A stretch of 64,000 nucleotides of DNA from an uncultured delta proteobacterium (GTDB lineage Bacteria; Myxococcota_A; Polyangia; Polyangiales; Ga0077539): the NCBI GenBank assembly GCA_903845045.1, contig CAIMWA010000340.1, positions 1,880-65,879 of the forward strand. Direction: 5' to 3'. The notes beneath the pieces were generated by a model that was given only the letters and a program-made list of their open reading frames with translations, was not told where the DNA came from and made no database searches. This document shows, piece after piece, positions 17,179 to 27,630 of this stretch. The translations under genes and the position numbers were made by a program. Position 1 is the first letter of the stretch; each line of letters starts with the position of its first letter.

Positions 17179-18116
17179 CGCGTCGCAGGCATCCAGTGTC
17201 GCCCACGTCCCGACGCCTCGCGTTGCTCACGCTCCTCGGCTTCGTCGACGCGGCATGCTCCGGTCACCTCGGCGCATCGGGTGACGGCGGCTCCTCGCGC
17301 GACGTCGTGTCGTCACCGGACGTGTCCGGCGGAGACGCGACGGCGGCCGGCGGACTCGCTGCCTACCTGACGCGCGCGCAGTTCGAGGCGATGTTTCCGC
17401 ACCGGGCGGACAGCGCGTGCTCCGGGGCGTATTTCACCTACGACGCCTTCGTCGCAGCGACGCGCGCGTTTCCCGCGTTCCTCGCCGAAGGCACCGACGA
17501 CCAACGGCGCCGCGAGCTCGCCGCGCTCCTTGCGAACGTCGCGCACGAGACCACCGGCGGATGGGCCACCGCGCCGGGCGGCCCCGAGGCGTGGGGGCTG
17601 TGCTTCCGCGAAGAGGTGGGCTGCGCGACGGCGGCACCTCCCGCTTGTGCATACTGCTCCCCGTCGACCGAGTGGCCCTGCGCGCCGGGGCAGCGCTACT
17701 ACGGCCGCGGTCCCCTGCAGCTCAGCTACAACTTCAACTACGGCCCTGCGGGAAGGGCCCTCGGCGTCGACCTTCTCGCGCACCCCGACCTCGTCGCCAC
17801 CGACGGCACCGTGGCGTTCGAGACCGCGCTCTGGTTCTGGATGACCGCCCAGGCCCCGAAGCCCTCGTGCCACGACGCGATGACCGGCCACTGGACGCCC
17901 GACGCGACGGACCTCGCGGCGGGGCGGCGACCCGGCTTCGGCGAGACCGTCGACATCATCAACGGCGGCATCGAGTGCGGATACACCGTCGCCGCTCCGC
18001 CGCGTCCCGCCTCGTCCAACGTGCAGGATCGACTGCGCTTCTACGCCGCGTTCACGGCACAGTTCGGCGTGTCCGAAGGCGACGCCGTCGACTGCGGAAC
18101 GATGCGTCCGTACTGA
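17160..18116 (+). CDS. Glycoside hydrolase family 19 chitinase (lipoprotein)
   Basis: Motifs: [59 protein letters not shown]. The start may instead be the in-frame GTG at 17196 ([21 protein letters not shown]). Confidence 0.92.
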   Translation: MLRRSNSRRRHPVSPTSRRLALLTLLGFVDAACSGHLGASGDGGSSRDVVSSPDVSGGDATAAGGLAAYLTRAQFEAMFPHRADSACSGAYFTYDAFVAATRAFPAFLAEGTDDQRRRELAALLANVAHETTGGWATAPGGPEAWGLCFREEVGCATAAPPACAYCSPSTEWPCAPGQRYYGRGPLQLSYNFNYGPAGRALGVDLLAHPDLVATDGTVAFETALWFWMTAQAPKPSCHDAMTGHWTPDATDLAAGRRPGFGETVDIINGGIECGYTVAAPPRPASSNVQDRLRFYAAFTAQFGVSEGDAVDCGTMRPY

Positions 18117-18144
18117 TCGCCACCACCCCGGGGAACGCCGTGCG

Positions 18145-19146
18145 ATGATGCGTCCTCCCGCCGTGCGCATGCTCCTCCCGCTCGTGGCCCTCGCGGCCGT
18201 GTCGTGCCTCGAAGACCCCCTCGAGGCGACGCGCGACGCGTCCCGCGACACCGCGACGACGGACCTCGCCGCCGCCGACCTCCCGACGGACCGCCCCGCC
18301 GCGCAGGACGCGCCCGACGCGACCGTCGATGCATCCCTCGATGTCGCCGCCGACACCGCCGTCGATGCCGTCGCCGTCGATCGCTCCAGCGGCGACGTCA
18401 CCCCCGACGCGCCCGTCGACGTGCCGCGCGACGCCGGCGATGCGGGGTTCTTCGGTTCGTCGCGCTGCGCCGATGCGGGCCTCGCGCTGTGCGAGGACTT
18501 CGAGGCCGACGCGGGCTTCGACCACACGCTGTGGAGTTCCTTCGCGTCCAACGGCACCCTCGTCGTCGACACCGTGCGCGCGGCGCGGGGCACCCACGCG
18601 CTGCACATCCACACCCACGCCCCGGCGGTCGACGGGGGCGCCGGCGCGAACGTCGGACTCCGTGCGGTGCGAGGCTTTCCGCCGCCGGGCGACACGTACT
18701 TCGGGCGGGCTTTCGTGTGGATGGCCGTGAACTCCCCGACGACGCACGCGACGCTCTTCGAGTCCGGCGGCACGCTCGACGGCGGCGTCAGCGTCTCGCA
18801 GCGCTTCAGCGTGTCGTCGCAGCACATCGAGGCGAGCTACGACACGTCGCCGCGCCCCCCGACCACCGACTACTCGCGCCGCTCGGCGATGGCCATGCCG
18901 CTCGACCGCTGGGCGTGCGTCGAGTGGCAATTCAAGGGCGACACCAACGAGCTGCACTTCTGGGTCGACGGCGTCGAGCTCGCCGACACCGCAGTGCTCG
19001 GCTCCCGCGTCCCCGCGTGGATCGCCCCGGCGTGGACCCGCGTGAACCTCGGCCTGCAGCTCTACCGCCCGGACATCGTCAGCGACTTCGACCTCTGGCT
19101 CGACGAGGTCGCCATCGACACCGCGCGCATCGGCTGCTTTCGCTGA
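18145..19146 (+). CDS. Lipoprotein with acidic linker and concanavalin/LamG-like jelly-roll domain
   Basis: Lipobox: LVALAAVSC. A D/A/T/P acidic region follows. C-terminal domain: ...CEDFE...LW...GTHALHI...YFGRAFVWM...WACVEWQFKGDTNELHFWVDG...FDLWLDEVAIDTARIGC. Confidence 0.7.
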   Translation: MMRPPAVRMLLPLVALAAVSCLEDPLEATRDASRDTATTDLAAADLPTDRPAAQDAPDATVDASLDVAADTAVDAVAVDRSSGDVTPDAPVDVPRDAGDAGFFGSSRCADAGLALCEDFEADAGFDHTLWSSFASNGTLVVDTVRAARGTHALHIHTHAPAVDGGAGANVGLRAVRGFPPPGDTYFGRAFVWMAVNSPTTHATLFESGGTLDGGVSVSQRFSVSSQHIEASYDTSPRPPTTDYSRRSAMAMPLDRWACVEWQFKGDTNELHFWVDGVELADTAVLGSRVPAWIAPAWTRVNLGLQLYRPDIVSDFDLWLDEVAIDTARIGCFR

Positions 19147-19153
19147 GCTCCGC

Positions 19154-19942
19154 TCACCGCCGCCACGCCACCCCCAAGAGCCCCGTGACGTACTGGTCCA
19201 CGGCGCCGCTCACGGCGCGCGCGTCGCCCGCCGCCGGGTGCATGTCGCTGAAGTAGCGGCGGTACTCCGCGCCGAAGCGCAGCTCGACGCCACCCGCGAC
19301 GGCCACCGCCACGCCCGCCGCGAAGTCCGCCGCCGCCGTCGTGAGCCGCGGGAAGTAGATCCGCGGTGCGTCGCCGACGGAGAGCACCGCGAGGTACGCC
19401 GCGCGGGCGGTGAACGCCACGCGAGCGGTGACGGCGATGCGCGCGCTCGCACCGATTCGAAGCGACTGCGTGCCCACGTTGGGAACGCCGGCGTCGAGGC
19501 CCGGGGTGCTGCGCCCGAGGGTGAAGCGCTGCGCGACGTAGCCGACATCGAGCCCGACGTCCGGGAGCGATGCCGGGAGACGCACGCGCAGCCCCGCGCC
19601 GTAGGTCCATGCGCGCACGGGCACGGCCTGACCATCGACGCCGAGGGAGTCCGGCGCGGCCACGTAGAGCGCCTCGGCGGTCACGCCGAACATCGACGCC
19701 ACGCGACCGCGGAGGAGCGCGCCCGGGTAGAACGCCGCGCGGCCGTAGACCCCCGGCGCCGCCGAGAGGTCGTAGCCGTTCATCTGGTGCGCGACGTCGT
19801 CCTGGTACGCGAGATGCCGACCGACCACCGCCGCGCCGGCCTCGACGTCGACGAACGCCGCCCGATCTTCGGCGCGCGCCGCAGTGGACGCGACGACCAT
19901 CGACGCGGCGATGCACGCCGCGAGCACCGACGAGACCCTCAC
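19154..19942 (-). CDS. Putative outer-membrane beta-barrel protein
   Basis: GTG start at 19942, with a GTGA overlap onto the upstream DUF1552 stop. Signal peptide: VRVSSVLAACIAASMVVASTAARA. Alternating hydrophobic beta-strand pattern: GLRVRL, GLDVGYVAQRF, RIGASARIAV, VAFTARAAYLAV, VELRFGAEYRRYF. Only the last 262 codons of track ORF 19154-21229 are protein-like. Confidence 0.6.
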   Translation of the reverse strand: MRVSSVLAACIAASMVVASTAARAEDRAAFVDVEAGAAVVGRHLAYQDDVAHQMNGYDLSAAPGVYGRAAFYPGALLRGRVASMFGVTAEALYVAAPDSLGVDGQAVPVRAWTYGAGLRVRLPASLPDVGLDVGYVAQRFTLGRSTPGLDAGVPNVGTQSLRIGASARIAVTARVAFTARAAYLAVLSVGDAPRIYFPRLTTAAADFAAGVAVAVAGGVELRFGAEYRRYFSDMHPAAGDARAVSGAVDQYVTGLLGVAWRR

Positions 19943-21299
19943 GCCGTGCTCACCGCGCCGAGGTTCGCGAGGGGCTGCGTGCCCTCGAGGCCGAAGCTCG
20001 TCGCGCCCACGCCGAGGGCGTGGAGCATCGCGAGGTAGAGGTTCGCAATGGGCTGCTCGGTGTCGTAGCGAACGTGCCGCCCGGGATCGAGCTGGCCCCC
20101 GCAGCGCCCCGCGAGCAGCGCCGGGAGCTGGTAGTGCCAGTGCCCGTTGCCGTCGGCGATCTCGCTCGAGAACAGCGCCGCCGTGTGGTCGAGGAGCGTG
20201 CTCCCGTCGGCTTCGCGGAGCCCCTGCAACAGCCCCACGAAGGAGGCGAACTGCTGCACCTCCCAGGTGCCGATCATCTGCAGCTTCGCGAGCTTCGCCG
20301 GGTCGCCCATGTGGTGGCTCAGCTCGTGGTGCGCGCCGTTGGCGCCGATGAACGTGTAGTCGCGGTTGCTCCCGGCGTTGCCCAGCATGAACGTCGCCAC
20401 GCGCGTCACGTCGCAGTGCAGCGCCATCGCCATGAGCTGGTTCATCACCGCGACGGTGTCGGCGTACGCGAGGCCATCCATGGGCCGCGGGGGTGCACCG
20501 CAGGACACCGAGCGTCCCATGGAGCCGACGCGCCCCTCGAGCTCGCGCACGGCGGTGAGGTACTCGTCGAGCTTCTGGCGATCGGTGCGTCCGAGCCGCG
20601 GCGCGAGGCTCTGCGCGCTGCCGGTCACGTAGTCGAGCACGCTCGTGCGGTGGGCCTGGCGGCGCGCGCGGTCGGCGTCGCTCTCGCCCACGGCGAAGAG
20701 CCGGTCGAAGATCGCGCGGGGGTTCGTGAGCTTCGGAAGCGGCGTCGTCGCGTCGGCCCAGGAGATGTTCCGCGCATACGCGCACGAGTAACCCGAGTCG
20801 CAGCCGCCGGTGGGCGCGCCGCCGTCGACGCCGAGCTGCAGCGACGGAACCACGGACCCCATGCCGATGCCCGCCGCGGCGACCTGGTCCACGGACACGC
20901 CGTTCTGGATGCCCGCACCCTCGGTCTTCGTGATGCGCGCCGCCGTGAGGAACGACCCGGTGCCCCGCGCGTGATCGCCGGCGCCGTCGTTGGAGCCCAT
21001 GTACGCGGCCTGCGCGGGGCGGTTCGCGAGGTTGCTGAGCACGAGCACCTCGGAGCGCACCGGCGCGAGGGGCATCAACATCGGCGAAAGCGCGTAGTCG
21101 GCGCCGGTGGTCGTCGGCGTCCACGCATCCGAGGTGGAGCCGTTGATGCCGCAGGGCACGTACCAGATCACCATGCGCCGCGGGATCGTTCCGCCGCCGG
21201 CGTGCGCGGGCCGTCGCGGCAAGAGGCACTCGAGGAGCGGGATCGAGAGCGCGACGCCCGCGGCGCCGAGCAGCCTGCGTCGTGTGAGGTGCATGGCCA

Positions 21300-21300
<1 letters not shown>
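19939..21300 (-). CDS. DUF1552 family protein (Tat-type signal)
   Basis: MAMHLTRRRLLGAAGVALSIPLLECLLP...RMVIWYVPCGI...SPMLMPLAPVRSEVLVLSNL...GAHHELSHH...LLAGRCGGQL, the classic DUF1552 layout. Its start overlaps the upstream stop by 1 nt. Confidence 0.88.
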
Positions 21301-23450
<2,150 letters not shown>

Positions 23451-23631
23451 GGACCTTCAACGTCGTTCGGAACGCCCGGCGCTGTCAACGCGCGGCGCGC
23501 GTGCCGCTGGCGTCGCGGGCAAGTCCGCGGTCTCCGGGCGGTTTATTGACCCCGCGGGCGCGGCCGCGCTAGCGGTCGAGGGCTGCGACGAAGGGTGTGC
23601 CTCGTGCGGCGGAGCGACGACGAGCACCACC

Positions 23632-24462
23632 ATGAGCGATCGAGCCGACCACGCCCCGCGCCACTCCTACGACATGGACCACCTCGACGCCGCCGCCGAG
23701 CTCGAACGGCTCAAGGCGCAGGTGGACCTCGTGCGTGGTCGTGAACGCGACTACCTGCGCACCCTCGGCGTGGCCGACGACGCGACGGTGCTCGACCTCG
23801 GCTGCGGACCGGGGTTCCTGAGCGAGGTGCTCGGCGAGCTCGTTCCCCGCGGGAAGGTGTGGGGCGCCGACGTCGACCCGGCGTTGCTCACGCGTGCCCG
23901 CGACGCCTTCGCGCGCCGCGGTTGGACCCACGGGACCTTCGTCGAGGCCTGGGCCGACCGCCTGCCGCTGGAGGACCGCTCCGTCGATCTGGCGTACTCG
24001 CGGTTCCTCTTTCAGCACCTCGCGAAGCCCGAGGCGGTGGTGACGGAGCTGCGTCGCGTGCTGCGCCCCGGCGGCCGCGTGGTGCTCGTCGACACCGACG
24101 ACGCGAGCCTCGTCGTGCACCCCGAGCCCGAGGGCTTTCGCGCGCTCCTCGACGCCTCGAACGCAGCGCAGCGACGCGTCGGCGGCGACCGCTTCGTGGG
24201 CCGCAAGCTCCGCGGGTACCTCGTGCGCGCGGGCTTCGTCGACGTGGGCGTGCGCGTCGAGCCGTTCACCAGCGAGATGGTCGGAATGGCCGCGTTCCTC
24301 GACATCGCCGTCGGCTACAAGCGCCAGATCATCACCGAGGATCTGCTCGCCGCGAGCGCCGTGGCCGAGGTCATCGCGCGCCTCGGCGCCCTCGCGTCCG
24401 ACGCCGGGGCCTTCGGTCAAACCCTCGGTTACGTCGCCAGCGCGCGGGCGCCCGCGGCATGA
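23632..24462 (+). CDS. Class I SAM-dependent methyltransferase
   Basis: ATG at 23632. Motif I: VLDLGCGPGFLS. Also DLAYSRFLFQHL and LRPGGRVVLVDTD. Confidence 0.85.
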   Translation: MSDRADHAPRHSYDMDHLDAAAELERLKAQVDLVRGRERDYLRTLGVADDATVLDLGCGPGFLSEVLGELVPRGKVWGADVDPALLTRARDAFARRGWTHGTFVEAWADRLPLEDRSVDLAYSRFLFQHLAKPEAVVTELRRVLRPGGRVVLVDTDDASLVVHPEPEGFRALLDASNAAQRRVGGDRFVGRKLRGYLVRAGFVDVGVRVEPFTSEMVGMAAFLDIAVGYKRQIITEDLLAASAVAEVIARLGALASDAGAFGQTLGYVASARAPAA

Positions 24463-26513
24463 TCGACGAAGGCCGGCGGACGGACCCCGGCGCGTCCGCC
24501 CGCCGCGACGAGGAGCTCGTGTTCAACACGCGCCTCGTCGAGCCCATGCTCCGCTACTTCGAGGACCGCTTCGGCGCCGACGCGCTCGCAGAGATCGTGC
24601 GCGACTCGGGCAGCACCCTCGCCGTGCTCCGCGACCCCGCGCAGTGGATCTCGGTGCCGCAGCTCCTTCGGCTCAGCCGCGCCATGGTCGACCGCAGCGG
24701 CGATCCGCTCGTGACGTACCGCGCGGGCCTCGAGCTCCTCGACCCGCGGGTGCTCGGCCTCACGTGGTTCGTCGCGCGCGCCCTCGCCGGTCCGCGCACC
24801 GTCTACGAGAAGATGACCGAGTTCACGCCGGACCTCTCGCGCATCACCCGATGGAAGCGCATCGAGTCCGGCGACCACCACGTCGTCGTGCGCTTCGAGC
24901 TCGAGAACGGCCACCGCGACGACCCGCTGTTCTGCTTGAACCGCCAGGGCGCCCTCGCGGGCATCCCCAAGGTCTTCGACCTTCCCCTCGCGCGCGTCGC
25001 GCAGACCGCGTGCCTTCCCGACGGCGACCCCTACTGCGAGTACCGCGTCGAGTGGGTGCACCACGCGCGCGGCGCCGGCGTGCTGCCTTGGCTGGGCTCC
25101 TTCGCGGGCATCGCCGCGGTGCCCCTCGCGCTTCGCGGCGGAGCCCACCCCGGGGCGGCCATCGGCGCCGCGGTGCTCGCGTTCGTGCTCTTCGGAGTCT
25201 ACACGCAGGTCCTCGAGCGCCGCGCCGCGCACAGCGCCGTCGACGTGCGCGAGCAGCTCGTCGCCGCCAAGAAGATCATCGACGGCAACGTGCGGCTCCA
25301 CCGCGAGCGGCAGCTCCTCGAGAAGGTCGACCTCGCCGCGCGCCGCGAGCTCGATCGCTCGGCGCTCATCGCCACGGCCCTCGACGCCGTGCGGAACACC
25401 CTCGGCTACGACCGCGCGATGTTCCTCGCCGTCGACGACGCGCAGCAGCGCCTGGTCTTCGCGGGCGGCGCGGGCTTCGCGGCGTCGGCGCTCCCGCGGC
25501 TGCGCGCGCTGTCGCTGAAGCTCGAGGCCCCGCGCAGCGACGAGCTCCTCTTCGCGAACATCCTCCGCAGCGAGAACGGCGTCCGCGTCGCCGACGTCGC
25601 GGCCTTTCGCCAGCAGATCAACGCCGCGAACCAGGCGCTCCTCGACGGCCTCGGGAGCCGCGCCTTCGTGGCGGTCCCGGTGCGCGGCGCCGATGTCCCG
25701 CTGGGCCTCCTCGTCGTCGACCAGGTGGACGCCGACCGCACCCTCGGCGACCACGACCACGCGATGCTCCAGCAGGTCGGGCACCTCGTCGGCCTCGCCC
25801 TCGCCAACGCGAACCTCGTCGAGAACCTTCGCCGCGAGCGTCAGGTGCTGCAGACCGCGCTGCTCTTGAACCAGAAGTTCTCGCAGTACCTCCCGCGCAC
25901 CGTGGTGGACCGCATCCAGCTCGACCCCGAGGCCGCGCTGCACCTCGGCGGGCAGCGTCGCGTCGCGGCGGTCCTCTTCTCGGACATCGTCGGCTTCACG
26001 CCGTGGTCCGAGGTCGTCGAGCCGGAGACCGTGGTGACCTTCCTCAACTGGTACTTCGAGGCCATGGACCGCATCGTGGAAGAGACCCACGGCATCCTCG
26101 ACAAGCGCATCGGCGACGGGATGATGGTCGTGTTCCTCGACGCCGACGACCGCGAGGGCCCCGCACGGCGCGCGCTGCGCTGCGGGCTGCGCATGCAGGA
26201 GGCCGTGGCACGGCTCACGGCGATGCCCGAGCGTCCCCGCGAGGCGTCGTTCGCGGTGCGCGTCGGCGTGTCCTACGGCGAGCCCGTGGCGGGCAACCTC
26301 GGCTCCGCGCATCGACTCGAGTACACCGTCATCGGCGACACCGTGAACGTCGCGAGCCGCCTCGAGGGCCGCTGCGAGCCCGGCATGGTGTTCGCCACGG
26401 AGCAGGCGCTGCGGGCCGCCGGCGACGGCGTGCGCGCCGAGCCTCGCGGCGAGCTCATGGTCAAGGGCCGCAGCCAGCCCGTATCTGCCTTCGCCATCCT
26501 CGGAGTGGACTGA
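24459..26513 (+). CDS. Membrane-associated class III adenylate/guanylate cyclase with V4R/H-NOX-like N-domain, 2 TM helices and GAF
   Basis: ATGA overlap with the methyltransferase stop. The N-domain ends ...CLPDGDPYCEYRVEW (V4R-like). TM helices: LPWLGSFAGIAAVPLAL and AAIGAAVLAFVLFGVY. GAF: ...AFVAVPVRGADVPLGLLVVD. Cyclase: AAVLFSDIVGFTPWS, GDGMMVVF, GDTVNVASRLE. Confidence 0.88.
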   Translation: MIDEGRRTDPGASARRDEELVFNTRLVEPMLRYFEDRFGADALAEIVRDSGSTLAVLRDPAQWISVPQLLRLSRAMVDRSGDPLVTYRAGLELLDPRVLGLTWFVARALAGPRTVYEKMTEFTPDLSRITRWKRIESGDHHVVVRFELENGHRDDPLFCLNRQGALAGIPKVFDLPLARVAQTACLPDGDPYCEYRVEWVHHARGAGVLPWLGSFAGIAAVPLALRGGAHPGAAIGAAVLAFVLFGVYTQVLERRAAHSAVDVREQLVAAKKIIDGNVRLHRERQLLEKVDLAARRELDRSALIATALDAVRNTLGYDRAMFLAVDDAQQRLVFAGGAGFAASALPRLRALSLKLEAPRSDELLFANILRSENGVRVADVAAFRQQINAANQALLDGLGSRAFVAVPVRGADVPLGLLVVDQVDADRTLGDHDHAMLQQVGHLVGLALANANLVENLRRERQVLQTALLLNQKFSQYLPRTVVDRIQLDPEAALHLGGQRRVAAVLFSDIVGFTPWSEVVEPETVVTFLNWYFEAMDRIVEETHGILDKRIGDGMMVVFLDADDREGPARRALRCGLRMQEAVARLTAMPERPREASFAVRVGVSYGEPVAGNLGSAHRLEYTVIGDTVNVASRLEGRCEPGMVFATEQALRAAGDGVRAEPRGELMVKGRSQPVSAFAILGVD

Positions 26514-27598
26514 TGGAGCTCACGACCCTCGACACCCTCGACCACGCGCGCGCCCTCGTCGACCTCGTGTACTCGTCCTACGGGCTCACCTTCCACCGCG
26601 ACTTCGTCTACAGCCCGGAGCGCCTCCTCGAGCTGAACCGCCGCGGCTTCGTGCGCTCGTTCCTCGCCATCGAAGACGGCGTCGTACTCGGGCACCTCGG
26701 GTGGATCCGCCCGTTCTTCGAGCTCTCGCGCGGCGGCGAGCCGGTGACCGACGACGGCATCGGCGAGGTCGGCCTCTCCATCGTGCGGCCCGAGGCGCGC
26801 GCGCGGCACGTGCAGACGCAGCTCGCGATGTTCATGGTCGAGTGGACGCGCCCGCACGCGAAGTTCGGCGGCTTCATGAAGTGCGTCACGAACCACGCGT
26901 ACAGCCAGCGCACCGCCGCGAACATGGGCGGCAAGCCCCTCGCGCTCTTCCTCGCGGGCGTGCCCAAGTGGGTCGTCTACGACCGCGCGACGGAGCCCCC
27001 GTCGTCTCCCATTTCGACGCTGCTCTACCACGTGGCGCTGCAGCCGACGCCGGCCCGCGAGCTGCGCATCCCGCCGCACCTCGACTGGGTCGAGGCCCTC
27101 GTACGCGAGAGCGGCGAGCCCCGCACGCTCGTCTACGGCGGCCCCCTCGACGCCGCGCCGACGGACCTCGAGGTGGAGTTCCAGCCTTCGAAGCGCCTCG
27201 CGCAGGTGCACGTGCTCCATGCCGGCCCGGACCTCGCGATCCGCCTCGCGGACACGAACCAGTGGCTCCTCGGCGGGCACATGGAGCACGTGAGCTACTT
27301 CCTCCCGGCGGACAGCGTGCACGTACAGCGGCAGGCGCTCGCCCTCGAGGGCTACGGCATCTTTCCCGCGGGATGGATTCCGGCGCTCCACGGCGGCGCG
27401 CGCGACGTGCTGGTCTACGGATCCATCGTGCACCAGGACCTCGACGACGCGGCCATCGTCACCCACGACGACGCCGGCGCGAGGCTGCGCGACCGCGTGG
27501 TCCGCGCGTGGCGCGAGTGCAGGATCAGCCCTCCGCGACGTGGACGCGGAGCGACGGCGATCCCCCGCGGCACCCTCTATCGCACGCGATCGGGTTGA
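26513..27598 (+). CDS. Hypothetical protein, possibly GNAT-fold (weak)
   Basis: TGATG 1-nt overlap with the cyclase stop. The composition is protein-like (MELTTLDTLDHARALVDLVYSSYGLTFHRDFVYSPERLLELNRRGFVRSFLAIEDGVVLGHLGW...IVRPEARARHVQTQLAMFMVEW). No firm family assignment is possible by eye. Confidence 0.6.
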   Translation: MELTTLDTLDHARALVDLVYSSYGLTFHRDFVYSPERLLELNRRGFVRSFLAIEDGVVLGHLGWIRPFFELSRGGEPVTDDGIGEVGLSIVRPEARARHVQTQLAMFMVEWTRPHAKFGGFMKCVTNHAYSQRTAANMGGKPLALFLAGVPKWVVYDRATEPPSSPISTLLYHVALQPTPARELRIPPHLDWVEALVRESGEPRTLVYGGPLDAAPTDLEVEFQPSKRLAQVHVLHAGPDLAIRLADTNQWLLGGHMEHVSYFLPADSVHVQRQALALEGYGIFPAGWIPALHGGARDVLVYGSIVHQDLDDAAIVTHDDAGARLRDRVVRAWRECRISPPRRGRGATAIPRGTLYRTRSG

Positions 27599-27630
27599 GC
27601 GCGCCGCGCGGCCTCCGTTACGGTGCCCGC

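Noticed and set aside
19943-21229. N-terminal 430 codons of track ORF 19154-21229
   Set aside because: This part is Arg/His-rich junk overlapping the DUF1552 gene in another frame. A signal peptide begins at the GTG at 19942, which also forms a GTGA overlap with the DUF1552 stop.
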